From a bacterium (GTDB taxonomy: Bacteria > UBA8248): a stretch of DNA of 64,000 bases. Every line of letters begins with the position of its first letter. Within the stretch, counting starts at the first letter, position 1. Below, in pieces: positions 12,482-26,122 of this stretch. A program made the position numbers and the translations under genes. Where the stretch lies: contig CBDBZY010000016.1 of assembly GCA_965213685.1 (NCBI GenBank), positions 1 to 64,000 of the forward strand. Direction: 5' to 3'. The notes beneath the pieces were generated by a model. That model saw only the letters and a list, made by a program, of their open reading frames with translations, was not told the DNA's origin and did no database searches.

Positions 12482-15400
12482 TGTCGTATCACGGCTGTGG
12501 GTTCACTGTCTCTGGGTCATGCACAAAGGCTACACTAGGCTTAGCTTTACTGAATATGATAGCACTTCTACTGCAAGACATACACCCTTACACAATACAT
12601 ACTCCAACACACAGACTGCATACACTACAACTTATATGAGATACAACCCAGTTAGTGAATACCTTAGGAAATGACAATACAAGGAAGTGACGTCCCAAAT
12701 GCACTTATTGACTAGTCATACAATACTACATTCCTCCCCCCTTAAGAGGGTACTTATGCAAACGGAAAAAGAGAAGAAAGATGATGATATGCATGCACCA
12801 AGATTAATACACACAGTTAGTTCTCACACATAGTAACTTAGTTCTCACGTGAGATCGTCCTTAGTTAATTCCAGGTTCAAAATGGTCTCTTGGTTTCCTG
12901 TTGCGGCGAGGATATCGCTGTGCGGACGGGTTGCTTGCAGATGGTTGAGAGGTAGTTGAAGGAGACTCTGTCTGCTCTGTAGGAGGACCCACTTCTGGTG
13001 GAGTCCCAGAAGATACTGACGTCATGACTGGATCTCTAGACTCTGAGGTCGTGGTGGGAGAAATCAGAATACTGTCCTCTGGAGCAATCTGAGACATATC
13101 ACTGGACATAGCTCCTTCCACTTCTCTCAAACGTAAGTGGTCTTGGTGACAGCGTCTCTGTCTCCCATCTTCCAACTGAACACGAAATGAAACTGGTCCA
13201 GACACATCCAGGATCTTCCCTGGCAACCATTGACAGCCAGAACCAAAGTTCTTAACAAACACTGTGTCTCCTTCTTTAAATGATCTTGTACGAGCTCTGA
13301 GATCATGCTTCCTTTTCTGGGCCTGTTGTCTCTCTTCCACCCTTCTTGCTGTGTTGGGACGCAAGAGATCAAGTCGTGTATGTGGTCTTCGGCCCAACAG
13401 GAGCTCTGCTGGTGAGATTCCTGTGGTACTCTGGGGGGTGATGCAGTATGTGAAGAGGACTTTGGCCAAACGAGTGTTCATGCTTCCTGATGTCACTTTC
13501 TTTAGGCCCTTCTTGACGATTTGAACGGCTCGTTCAGCAAGCCCGTTTGAGGCAGGATGATAGGGCGCTGATGTGGGGTGCTTAATGCCGTTGGTATTGA
13601 GGAAGGTCTCGAACTCTTGACTGGTAAAACCAGAACCATTGTCGGTCACAATTGTCTCTGGGAGACCGAACTTCACAAAGAGAGTTCATAGTTCCTCAGT
13701 GACCGAAGTTGAAGATGTCGAGGGTGTACAAGTAGCCTCTATCCACTTTGAGTGTGCATCGATCACAACCAGGATGGTCTTCCCTTGAAATGGGCCAGCA
13801 AAATCCATATGGAGTCTTGCCCATGGCCTAGTGGGCCATTTCCAAGGGTTGAGAGGTGCAGGTGGTGGTGAGGATTGGACTTCTTGGCATGGCTGACACA
13901 GGCGGACTGATTTCTCAATGTCACTGTTGATCCCTGGCCACCACACATACATCCTCGCGAGGGCTCTCATCCTTGAGATGCCAGGATGGCCCTCATGTTA
14001 CTCCTGTAGCACTACCTGCCTTCCAGGTGGAGGAATGACAATCCTCGTTCCCAACATGATACATCCTTCAAACGATGAGAGTTCCAGCCGACGTGACGAG
14101 TACGGCTCAAGGTCAGGATCACCTTCACTCGGCCATCCAAGCTGGACATACTGTAGAACTTGTGACAGCTTCTTGTCTTGTTGGGTCCAGGACCGGATAT
14201 CTGTAGCTGTCACAGGGGAGTCATCCAGATGGTCGGCCAACAACACCAGTTCAGGTTCCACAGTAGTCCTGGCTGGCTCCTCTGGTAGTGGTAGGCGACT
14301 GAGAGCGTCGGCATTAGCATGAGCAGCTGTGTTCCAGAATGCCAGAGTGTACTCGTAGCTAGAGAAGAAAAGGGACCATCGCTTGATTCTAGCTGAGGCT
14401 TGTGGGGAAACTGCACAATCCTCCTTCAAGAGGCCCAGCAGTGGCTTGTGATCTGTGACAAGCTCAAACGATCGACCAAAAAGATAATCATGGAATCTCT
14501 TGATTCCGAAAATGCATGAGAGGCCTTCCTTCTCGAGTTGAGAGTAATTACGCTCAGAGGAATTGAGTGTGCGAGAGGCATGGCCTATTGGCCTTTCAGA
14601 TCCATCTGGCATCTTATGGGAGAGGACTGCCCCCAGCCCATACGCTGAAGCGTTGCATGCCAGAGTGAGCTCCAGTGATGAGTCGAAATGGGTAAGGCAA
14701 CTTTCAGAAGTCAGGAGCTCTTTGGAGGCGGCAAAAGCCTTCTCTTGGTCGACACCCCATTTCCAGGGAGCATCCTTCCGAAGCAGGAGGTACAGTGGAT
14801 GTAAAGTGGTGGAAAGGTTGGGAAGGAATCTGCTGTAATATGTCAGCATTCCCAAGTATGACTTCAGTGTGGAGACTGAGGTGGGTGTCGGAGCTTCTTC
14901 GATAGCTCTAACCCTGTCCTGGAGTGGATGGAGGCCATCCGCAGCGATACGGTGACCTAGGTAGGTCACAGATTTCCTCAGAAACTCACATTTACTCTGC
15001 TTCACTCTCAGACCGGCTTTGTCGAGGTGACTCAGCACTTCATCAAGTGCCTGGAGGTGACTCTCTTCTGTGCTCCCAGTGACAAGAATGTCATCCAGGT
15101 AGACGACCACTCCATCAATGCCTTGGAGGAGGCTCTCAATGACTCGTTGAAAAATACCAGGTGCTGAGGAGATACCAAACGGGAGTCTGGTATATCGTAA
15201 CAATCCCCTGTGAGTGTTGATCACCACATATTCTTTGGATTGATCATACAAGGGGAGTTGCTGATATGCCTGAGAGAGATCGAGCTTGGAAAAGTACTTT
15301 CCTTTGCTCAGTCGAGAGAAAAGGTCTTCCACCCTCGGGATTGGGTAGCAATCCAGCTTCGACACTGGATTGATGGTGACACTGAAGTCACCGCAAATGC

Positions 15401-17124
15401 GGACACTATCCTTGTCTCGCTTCAAAACAGCCACTATGGGGGCTGCCCACTCGGCTATTTCCACTGGTTCAAGGGTTCCCTCGTCTTGGAGTCATTGGAG
15501 TTCCTTGTCAACCTTATCCCGCAGGGCATAAGGGACTGATCTCGCAGGGTGAAATCTAGGTGGAGCATCTGGGTCCACATAGATTCTAGCTTTGAAACCC
15601 TGGAGGGTGCCCAGGCCTTCCTGGAAAACTGAGGGGTAGCGTGCTAGCACAGACTGTAGAGATGGGGAGTGCACATGGTGGATCTCTCTCCAGTTCAGCT
15701 GGATACAACTGAGCCAATCTCTGCCCAGCAGGGTGGGCCCAGAGCCCTCCACTATTACTAGTAGCATCTCTCCAGTCTGGCCTTGGTAGTCAATGTTTAC
15801 CTTGCAACATCCCAGCACTGGGATGGGCTTCTTTGAGTAGGACTGAAGCCTGATGGGAGTGGGGTGCAAGCTCCTCCCTGGCCACAGCCCCCTGAAGGTG
15901 GACTCAGACATCAAAGAGTGTGACGCACCTGTGTCCACTTCCATGTTAACCACACAGTTGTCCACCTTCACCTTCACCATGATAGGAGGTGAGTCGGCCA
16001 CTCCACGGGATCGCATGTGGCAGAGAGTAGAGTCACTCTCGGATGCTGACTCCTCTTCCTCATCCTCCTCGTCTTGGACTCGACCCACGGTCTGGGTCTT
16101 GCGTTTGCTGCTCCTGCGCTGGCTCGACCAATCCTTGCTCTTGCAGATTCGCTGTAGATGACCTTGCTTGCCGCAGTAGTGGCACACCACGTCTTTCCTG
16201 ACCCTACACCTGGCAACCAAATGTCCTCTGTTGCCGCAACGATAACAGGTAGGTGCTGCTTCTGCACCAACGCTCAAAGGCGAGGTCGCACTGGTCCTGT
16301 GTACGGATTGGTGTGGCTTTGAGCCCTCCTCTGACTTTACCCCCAATTCTCACATGCTCTTTGCAGTGGTCTCTACGTTCATTGCGATCTCCACAGCCTT
16401 CGCATAGGTCAGTCCTGATTCGGCAAGCAAGTGCTTTTGAATAGCGGCGTCGTTGATCCCACAAACTGAGCAGTCACGGATCATCACTTCGAGCATGTCC
16501 CCGAAGTTGCAGAACTCTGAGAGGGAGCGTAGCTCTGCCAAGTACGTCGCAACTGACTCACCTGGGTTCCGAACTCTGCTATGGAACTTAAAGCGCTCCA
16601 CTATTTCTGAGGGAGCAGGTTTGAAATGCTTTGAAAGCACCTCCACCAGCACTGCGTATGTCTTGTCTCCAGGCTTGTCCGGCGAGACGATGTTTCGCAG
16701 GACCTTGTAAGTGGCTGCTCCCACGACAGACAGGAAGACGACTTGCTTTTTGTCTGCATCCGTTATCTCGTTTGCATAGAAGAAGTGCTCCAGACGTTCC
16801 ACGTATTGCAGCCAGTCGTCTTTGCTGCCATCGAACCCCTCGATGTTGCCCAGCGTACCCTTGGCTGACATCCCGACTCGTTGCCAATATGTCATATCAC
16901 GGCTGTGGGTTCACTGTCTCTGGGTCATGCACAAAGGCTAGGCTTAGCTTCACTGAATATGATAGCACTTCTACTGCAAGACATGCACACTTACACAATA
17001 CATACTCCAACACACAGACTGCATACACTACAACTTATATGAGATACAACCCAATTAGTGAATACCTTAGGAATTGACAATACAAGGAAGTGACGTCACA
17101 AATGCACTTATTGACTAGTCAACA
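12482..17124 (-). mobile_element. Ty3/Gypsy LTR retrotransposon, Mag/K02A2.6-like, full length but defective
   Basis: TG..CA LTRs at 12482-12730 and 16890-17124; 5-bp TSD TGTGG (12477-12481, 17125-17129); empty site in copy 2 at ~46726; PBS TGGCAACGAG (tRNA-Ser-like); PPT AAGGGGGGAGGAA; LTRs differ by ~7 substitutions and two indels. Confidence 0.95.
12861..16871 (-). pseudogene. gag-pol of Mag-like element (gag with two CCHC knuckles, protease, RT, RNase H, integrase)
   Basis: CYRCGNRGHLVARC, CHYCGKQGHLQRIC, VDTGA, YLDD, TDHKPL, HMDFAGPF..TDNG..SNGLAER; stops at ~16350, 15492, 13998, 13686. Confidence 0.93.
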
Positions 17125-18326
17125 TGTGGTAGTGCTTTGGCTGATTGAGTGCATCAGATAAAAGAGGTAGTGAAGTGCTGCAATGTAGCCTGAGACAATG
17201 CTGTGGCATTGTATGCCTGTATGTATGTAGACAGTGTGAGTTATGTTACATGTGCATAGCACATGCACTGGGTAGTGCTGAACACACTGTCTGTATAACA
17301 CTACAGTTATCATCTCTCCCCTCCAGGTGAGGGACACTCTACAGCCTCACCAGGGACACTCAGCATGTGCCATACAGATTGGCCCTAATCTGACAGAGTG
17401 TGGTAGGGCCGCCCTGACTCACGTAGACTACGCTACCAAATAATAATATTTGAGAGAGGGAACAGAGCTTACACGCCAATCGACGCACGACTAACGGTGA
17501 CACACACACCAGCTCTGGCCCTGACACACGAGACTGCCTTACAGTACAGTGCACAAACCATATACATATAGATGACCACATGGTGACGAACATTCTAGAA
17601 CATTATGTAACATTACATAACACTACTACATACATAAGGATACTGCAATGAGTCACACCCACTCCATCACACCCCCTCCCCCTTCTCCTGCATCAAACTT
17701 GTTTTATGCGTCAGTACAGTCGAGACAAACCATCAGCATTCCCGTTGCGGTGGCCAGTACGATATTTGATCGAGAAACAATAACTCTGAAAAAAAAGACT
17801 CCACCGTGTCAGCCGAAGATTGCAGTCTTTCACACTGTTCAACCATTCCAGGGACCTATGGTCTGTCTGTATACGGAATCTCCGACCCATGAGGTACGGG
17901 TGGAATGTCTGTACTGCTGACTTTATTGCTAGGCACCCTTTCTATAACAGAGTACCTTTCCTCTCGTGGAAGGAGCTTGCGAGAGTAGAATGCTACTGGC
18001 TTGTCATTGCCTTGGTTGTCCTGCTGGCTAAACACAGCCCCTACGCCTCTGTCTGACGCATCTGTCTGGACTATAAACTCCTTTTGGAAGTTGGGGCTTG
18101 TGAGAATGGGGGATGCACAGAGCGTTGCTTTCAGTCTCTGAAATGCTGCCTCATACTCCTGTGACCACACAACATGGTTGGGCTGTATTTTCCTGGCAAG
18201 ATCTGTGCATGGGAGTGCCAGGGATGCATACTGGGGAATGAACTTTCTGTAATAGCCTGTAAGGCCAAGGAACGAAAGAACTTGTTTCTTCGTGCGAGGC
18301 TGTTGAAAGTTCCTGATAGCACATAC

Positions 18327-20504
18327 TAGGCCTGAGCTAATTATTCACTAAAATTTGCCTATTATTCAAATATTTTATTCACGAATTTGCTCCCTATTAT
18401 TCAATAATATGTCCCTATTATTAAAAAAAAACAGACATTCGAAAATATGAAGGACAAAAAAGTGAAAATAGCATGAAATAGAAAAGACAATGTTAACAAG
18501 TAGCATGATGTACATGTGTAGATTGAGTTATCGATTGTTATACTGATACATCAATGAGGTCTCTATATAGTCTTGTAAGGAAGCATTCTGCCTTTCCCCA
18601 AAAGAATTCCTCAAAAGCGAAAAAAAACTCTCTCCGAGGCTGCTGAAGAAGGTTGTACTAGTAGCACTTGTCTAGCAGCTTTAGCCCACGTTGGTAACTG
18701 TGTTTCATGATTTTTCCAGAAAAGGAGTGGGTCATGAGAACAATCAACATCCTGAGCTGCTGCTTGATAAACAGGAAGCTCTTGCTTAAGGGTAGGTATT
18801 TCAGATCCCAAAAAAGGGAAAGCAGTGAGGGTATCAAGAGACGCTACACTTGGATTAATTTCATTCAAGCGAAAAGGTGAAAATAGCCTTGCTGCTTTAA
18901 ACGCTTCCAGAGCTGGCTTCATATTTGTAGATACTTGTTGAAAGTAGTATGCTATCCCAGGCTGTACACAACGCGTTGCGTGCTGTACCAAATCACTTTT
19001 CTCATGGGCATTAGCGGCAATACGTCCAGCAATAGCATCCAAATTAGGGTAATGGGCTTGTTGAGCTGCCATATTCAAAGCACTAACGGTGTCATAACAA
19101 GAAAGCACTAAAGGCCCATCTCCTTCTAAGTTGTACGTACACTTCACAAACGGCAAACCCGCATCAATCGTAGCTGCCAGTTCCACCTGTAGAAGCTTCT
19201 TTTTGTTAGCATTTCTGAGAATTGAAAGTAGCTTCTCCACGGTAGCTGGTGAGACAGTCACCTCCTGAAGGAAAGGCTCGACATCTCCAAAGAGGTCCAT
19301 GAGCTGTTTCATGACCTCCCACTTGCTCCACCATCTTGTCGGAGAGTAGCCCTGGTTCTCTTCTTCCACAACAGCATTGCTTTAGGGCTATGGCTAAAGA
19401 GACTCACCCACCACACCATGAATGAGGATAAACAAGGTGTATCAAATTTGCTACCAACTAGATCTAAAGTGTGGGAAAAACAACCAATGTCGAGAATTGA
19501 TGAGTAAACAACTTTGATTGTCCGCAACACAACTCCATTACAGGCTGCCCGGTCATGCATCACACTAACAAGCTTGTTAGAGCCAATACCGTATTGTGCT
19601 GAGATTACGTTGATCAATTCTCGGGCAATCTCTTCACCCGTCATACTCTTTACAAGTAATTGCAACCGAACTAGTCGCTGCTGTATAGCAAAGGATTCAT
19701 CTATAAATCTGACAACAATTGCCAAAGCTTCCCCCAGTCTGGTTGTGCCATCAAATATTACAGATAAGTGTCTCTCACCTATCTCAGTCTTGATGTCGGC
19801 TTGTTCTTGGGAACATAGGAAGGGTATGAGATCACTCATATGGCGTCGGTCTGTCAACCGTACAGCATTTTCCTCGAGTAGATCACGGAAAGCGTCTAGT
19901 TTTGTGAGAGGGATGGCAGCACGCAAAAAAGTCTTCAAAACCTTGAGCCTATACACACGTTGACTCATTGGCAGAGTTTCGCCGACAGGGTGGTGCTCAG
20001 CGTCATAGATCTTCAGACTGTCAACGATGGTTTGATCTTTAGCTTTACTTGTCCTGACCTTCTCCTTGCTATTCTTGTGCTTCTTGCAGGCGATATGATT
20101 GGTGATAATGTTCTTTCTCAGACTAAGCTCCTCCCTACAGGCACTACAAAATAGTTTTCCACCTCTAACAGTCAAGCACTCGTCAGGAAATTCATTCACT
20201 CGATCTTTTGCACTGACGGACTTTGGCTCACTAGAACCTTGACCTCTGGACCTCTTTTGGCCAACGGGCGGATTCGAGTCAATCTTCCTCTTTCTTGTTA
20301 GGTCAGATGCTTGGGGAGCTTTGAGAATGTCTAGCAGCGATCGCGGACTGGCCATAGACTCTACCAAGTCTAAGAAGCACGTGTTGACAGCCAAATATGC
20401 GCATGCGCGATACTTCGTTGAACACTTCAGAGCCCATTATTCAACTTTTGCAAAAAGCTGCCTATTATTCAAAAAATTATTCTTGAATAATTAGCGCAGG
20501 CCTA
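18327..20504 (-). mobile_element. hAT DNA transposon inserted in RT of the Gmr1-like element
   Basis: TIR TAGGCCTG(A/C)GCTAATTATTCA; 8-bp TSD GCACATAC (18319-18326, 20505-20512); subterminal CCTATTATTC repeats. Confidence 0.93.
18528..20355 (-). pseudogene. hAT transposase with two frameshifts
   Basis: N-terminal zinc finger FCSAC..NHIACKKH, IFDGTT, CFSH, TRW, C-terminal dimerisation motif QPSSAASERVFS; frameshifts at ~19350 and in the T run at ~18622. Confidence 0.88.
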
Positions 20505-23500
20505 GCACATACCTTGGCTTCCTCTGGGCACACTCTTCCACTCCCAATTCTGTGTCCAAGGTATACACAGTCTGACAAGGTGAACTGGCATTTGTTCCTA
20601 TGCAAGGTCAGTCCCGCCTGCTGGATACATTGGACTACTTGCTGGAGGTGCCACAGGTGATCTTTCCAACTGGAGCTGTAAACGATAACATCGTCAAGGT
20701 ACGCACCGGCAAAGTCATTAAAACCATCCAACAGGTAATTGACCATTCACTGGAACGTTGCTGGGGCACCCTGAAGCCCAAATGGCGTGCACCTGAATTG
20801 AAAGAGACCAAAGGGGGTTGTGAAGGCAGTCTTCTCTCTATCAGCTGGGGCTACTGGGACTTGCCAGTGTCCCTTTGTGAGGTCAATAGTGGTGATGAAT
20901 GGAGCTCCCCCTACTTGATCAATGAGTTCATCCAAACAGGGCATGGGATATGGGTCCACCTTGGAGAGGCTATTGAGTCAACGGTAATCAATGCAAAGAC
21001 GTAAGGAGGAATCCTTTTTCTTCACGGGCACCAGTGGGAATGCCCAGCTGCTTCTCAAGTGCTCAATAACACCATGAGCAAGCATCTCATCTATTTCCTG
21101 TTTCACCTGGTCTCTGAAAGCATGGGGCAGGTGATACGGTGGCAAGCAAACTGGTATGGCCTCTCCTGTTGAGATGTGGTGCTCTGCTATAGTGGTATGT
21201 CCAGGCAAGGCTGTGAACAATGACTCAAACCTGCCCAGTAGTATGTTCAACTCCTGTGCCTGTTCCAGACTCAACTGCTTCCCTTGCTTGGCCTGACCTC
21301 CCTCATTGTCATTCCACATGGGGATGTCCTCCTCATCTACGTGCTGCACTTGGTGGACCAGGACTGCTGACACAGGGGGGTGCCACTTTCGAAGCATGTT
21401 GATGTGGAGCACCCGGTGCTTCTTCCTGAGATCCTCCATGTGCACGAGATAGTTCACTTTTCCAACACGCTCCACCACTCTGTATGGTCCTTGCCACTGA
21501 GCTGCCAGTTTGGCTGCTGATGTAGGCAGGAGTACAAGAACTTGGTCATTTGGTTCCAACAATCGCTCTCAACAGTTCTGATCGTACCAGGTTTTCTGCT
21601 GCCTTCTGGCCTTCTTGAGGTTGGCATGGACAATCTCTGTCATGCTCTCCATCTTCTGCCTCTGTAAGAGGATGTAGGAAATGACATTCTGTCCACTTTG
21701 CCGTTCTGCCTCCCAGGATTACTTGAGCATGTCCAATGGTCCCCTCACATCACGTCCATATAGCAGCTCAAATGAGGAATATCCCGTTGATTCCTGAGGG
21801 ACTTCCCGATATGCAAACAAAAGAAATGGGATTAACTTGTCCCAATCCTTTCCTGCTTCTGAGGCTGTTTTTCTCAGCATGGCCTTGAGGGTTTGGTTGA
21901 ACCTTTCAACCAGCCCGTCTGTCTAGGGATGGTACGGGCTGGTACGAATGCCATCCATGTGAAGGAGACAATGCAGTTCTTTCATAAGCTGGGATTGGAA
22001 ATTGGACCCCTGGTCCGTTAGTATTTCGTGAGGAATCCCAACTCTGGAGAACAGTGTCAATAGCTCTTCTGCTATCGTCTCAGCATCGGTATTCTTCAAG
22101 GGAACTGCTTCAGGGTAGCGTGTTGCATAGTCACACAAGACGAGAACATACTTGTTACCAGAGCGGCTGCGAGGGAGCGGTCTGACTATATCCATTGCCA
22201 CTCTGGAGAATGGTTCTCTGATAACTGGCATGGGAATCATGGGGGCACGAGAAGCCTTGAACTTCCTACACTTCTGGCAGGCCTCGCAACCACGGCAGAA
22301 CTCGGCAATGTCATGGTGCATTGTCAGCCAATAGAACCGCTTGTGCTACCCGAGCTGTGGTTTTCTTCTTCCCCAAATGCCCTGCCATAGGAACAGAGTG
22401 TGCTAACTGTAGTACACGATGCCGACACTCTCTCAGAAGAACCAGCTGTAGCACACCATCACCTCCTCCCAAGTTTCGAGCCACTGGTGAGTCCCACTTA
22501 CGGTAGAGTAGCCCATTCTTCCGAAAGAACGGTTGAGATTGGTCCTCTGCCAGACTACAGACCACTTTTAGTGAGTCATCGGTGTTCTACATCTTCTGCA
22601 GGTCATCCTTTGTGACCTCTGCTGGCCACACTGGATCATCCTGACCCTGTCGACGATCCTTTGCCCTAATGAGGCCATGTTCATGTCAAGCAGTCCGCTT
22701 CTCTCGTCATGTCAGCTTCTTCCTGGGTGGCAAGCTGTCAAAGAGTTCCTCGTGAAATTCACTAAAGGAGTGAGGATTGGGCTCATCTGGTGCTGGCTCT
22801 TGTTCGGTCTCAACAGGGTTGGGCTGGACCTGACTCTGTATATCCTTCTGATGGTTCTCGTCTCTCCCCTCTGCAATCTTTCTAGCCTGTCCCCGGGTGA
22901 CCACTAGTGCTTGGTGATCAATCTGCTTGGGGCGTGGTGCTGGCTGGAGGAGTTGTCCTAGTTGTGAGACATCAGTGCCCAGAAAAACGGATACAGGGAG
23001 GGTCTGTGACACTGCAGCTGTGGCTTCCACCACAACTCCATCAATCTCTAGGTGAATGTTGGCCAGTGGGTAAGTGGTGACATCTCCATGTGCACATCGG
23101 ATTTGGACAGTCTGTCCTGTGGTCTGAATGTCAGTTGGGAGGTCCTGCCTCACCATTGTCCGTGTGCATCCTGTGTCAAGAACAATATCGTGGACTAGTT
23201 GTCCTTCGATCACTCCTGTTCGGTTGACCGACATGTTGGCCCGCATTCGTTCTCTCTCCACATCCACCACTTGCCCATCCCCAACCAGCAACCGAACCAC
23301 CTCACACCCCACTGAGTCACCATGAACCACTCCAACCACATCCGACCCTTCCACATACCCTCTCAAATTCCCCCCACCACCCAACTACCCCCCACAACCA
23401 CCTCTTCCCTAACCACCTCTTCCCTGTGCCCACCACCCTGCCAGGAGACAGTCCGCTGCTCTTGACAGTACAGTGCACTGGGGCAATTTCTTGCGAGGTG

Positions 23501-23738
23501 CCCCCTCTGGTGGCAGTTGTAACATTTTACATCTGCTCTGGTGGCTGCTTTCTCCTTGGGTTTCTCTTGCTTCGTTTCTGTTTCCGGGGGCCTGGCTACT
23601 GGAGCTCTTCTTCAGAGCTAGAAATAACAGCCGGCCATCGGCCATTTTCCGAACAAATAGCTAACGTGACCGATAAATCAACGCCTCGCTCTGCCATAGT
23701 GGCTGCAAACGGTACGCGTATACGCGTACAGAACGTTA

Positions 23739-23921
23739 AGCCTCGTTTACACTAAACCGGCTTCAAACCACATCGCGGGTAAACCGTTTCCCAAATCGAT
23801 TTAGCGCGTTTACACATACTTTGAATTGCTTCCGGAAGCGGTTTGCGTGTAAACAGGCTTACGTGGTTTAGTCTAAAGCGGTTTGCAAACGGGCTACGTG
23901 TACGTTCGTGTAAACGGGGCT
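23739..23921. mobile_element. PIF/Harbinger-like MITE
   Basis: TIR AGCC(T/C)CGTTTACAC, TTA TSD (23736-23738, 23922-23924), internal AAACC repeats. Confidence 0.75.
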
Positions 23922-23996
23922 TTAGTCCCTTTCATGTGCGCTCGCGGGAGCGTATTATGTACATGTTAGTGTACGTACAAATGCAGGGCGTAGCCT

Positions 23997-24656
23997 CAGG
24001 GCCTAGGGCTAGCGGGGGTAGGACAAGCGTAACGTGTGTCGATTATTGCTGAGTCAGGTCAGGGAAGCCCTGTCGACACGCGTACATTTTTCCATTGAAA
24101 CGTTTTGCAGCCTACCATTGCGTTTATGCTGATTTTGGGACTTTGAGTAAATTCAGTAGTTGGAATTATTTATGGGCAATCTGGAAATCGACCGAACCTC
24201 GATGGAACCTCACTTCATTGTAGCGCTAGCAAGCTTAGAACAACTCTCGTTCGATCGCACCCGCTCCTCCCGAGAAATGGCTCCCGGTAGACATCGAGTC
24301 TCTCACAACTGTGCGTGAGGAAAGTGGCACTCGACAGTACGTCTAGGTCAACCACCAGTAGGAGGAGAGGGCGCTTCGAAGCAAAGCGGACAGTCCGTTC
24401 CCTGACTCAAGAGTGTACCTGTCGAGGTGGTTGCTAGCCCTGTTACCCAACATTCGGCAGCCCAGAGTGTAGTACACACTGAAAACGTGTAGCCCAGGTC
24501 AACGAGCTATTGTTCTTACGTCCACACCACACTCCCGCTGTACTGTGTACTAGCTAGTACTGTACCAAGCCACGCCCCACCCGACGTAATTGCGGAATGG
24601 CACGTAAGCAATGTAATCGAAGTCATGTGACATTTAGACCTTGTCCTACCCCCCTG
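23997..24656. mobile_element. non-autonomous DNA transposon, TIR CAGGGGGGTAGGACAAG, 9-bp TSD (MULE-like?)
   Basis: Right end CTTGTCCTACCCCCCTG; left TIR interrupted by a short insert; TSD GCGTAGCCT/GCGTAGCCC. Confidence 0.7.
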
Positions 24657-26122
24657 GCGTAGCCCCATACCTTGAAGTGCAAAGGTCAATTATCAAGCGC
24701 GTGCATACCTATTATAGCTAGCTAAAATATTGTGTCCGGCCAACATTAGGAAATGGCCAACAAAATCTCATTATGCTAGGACAGCTTGACCTAACAACCA
24801 AAGATTCTTATTTCTACCTCTGCTTCTTGCAGTGTGCTGCGTAGTGACCCTCCTGTCCACACAGGTAGCACTTGCGAGAGTCACGTCCTTGTCCCTCTTT
24901 CTTGCGAGCCTCCAACTTGAGGACATCCCCTTGTTTGCACCGTCTGGCAAGAGTGTAGTCGCCTGCGAGGATTACTGCTTCGTCTGCGGTCGTTAGCTTT
25001 CGCTCACATAGCCATATCCGGAGATCCGTTGGCAGGGTGTCCAGGAGCTGCTCCACAACAAGTTTCTCGATGACTGCTGGCACAGACTGACACCCTGCTA
25101 ACCACTTTGTTGCCCAGTTCTTCAGCCTGGTGGCCAATTCTACCCTCCTTCTTTCTTGATGACCGGAACCGTTGACGGTAAGTTTCTTCACTGATCTCGT
25201 ATCGACGGAGAATGGCTTGCTTGACTTCTTTATAGTCTCGTGCTATGCCTGTGTTCATTGCTGCATATGCCTCTTGTGCTCAACCCGTCAATTGGGGGGC
25301 TAACTTGATCGCCCAGCGTCCTTCCTCCACACTGTACATGGTCATCATCCTTTCGAAAGTAGTGAGGTATGCCTCAATGTCATCTTCCTCGCTAAGCTTC
25401 GTGAGTACCAACTTATCGCGAACCGATCCATGTTTTTCCACGCGTCTGCTGTCGCCTGAGGACCCCGACCCAGTCCTCGTGCATTCCACTAGACTTCGGA
25501 TCATGTCCAGTTGCTCCTTCATCTGCGTTTCATGTTTCCTTGTCTCTTCTGCTGGTTGCGCCCTCTCGGCAGCCAGCTCGTCCTCTCGCTTGCGACGATC
25601 CTCCAGCAGTAGGCGTACGAGGTCCGCCACCCCAGCACTCTCCCGTGGTGCTGTGTCTGCGCCCTCTTCTGTGTCGCTCATCGTCTCCTCCAACGGCTCG
25701 GTACGTTTATAGGAAGCGCCCGATCTGGTCGGCATGCACTGCTCCAGGAACGCTCGGCACTGTGAGTCTCGCCGGTGGGTAGTCCCCGACGAACGATCCG
25801 CGTCACCGCTGCCGCCAACTGTGGTAGGGCCGCCCCGACTCACGTAGGCTACGCTACCAAATAATAATATTTGAGAAAGGGAACAGAGCTTACACGCCAA
25901 TCGACGCACGACTAACGGTGACACACACACCAGCTCTGACCCTGACACACGAGACTGCCTTACAGTACACAACAAGTTTCTCGATGACTGCTGGCACAGA
26001 CTCACACCCTGCTAACCCATGTTACCACTACGCTCGGACACTACAGCGCAGGGCCCTCGGCCTTCTAAATCCTGTAGTTTTCATTGACTCGCCGTCTAAC
26101 TATTATATAGATGACCACGTGG

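Larger units (their letters stand above)
23619..24816. mobile_element. non-autonomous DNA transposon with TA TSD and short TIR (GAAATAA) inserted in Gmr1 gag
   Basis: TA|GAAATAA...TTATTTC|TA; removing it with one TA puts the two gag zinc knuckles back in one frame (two point stops remain). Confidence 0.75.
17711..25735 (-). pseudogene. gag-pol of Gmr1-like element, fragmented
   Basis: gag DDIEAYLTTFER, SCAN-like segment, knuckles CYLCGQEGHYAAHC and CYNCHQRGHLARNC; protease LDTGC (~23175); integrase HSVPMAGHLG, VAMDIV..ILTDQGSNF (22400-21950); RT AYLDD (~20700); RNase H VQTDAS (~18065); many stops and frameshifts. Confidence 0.9.
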
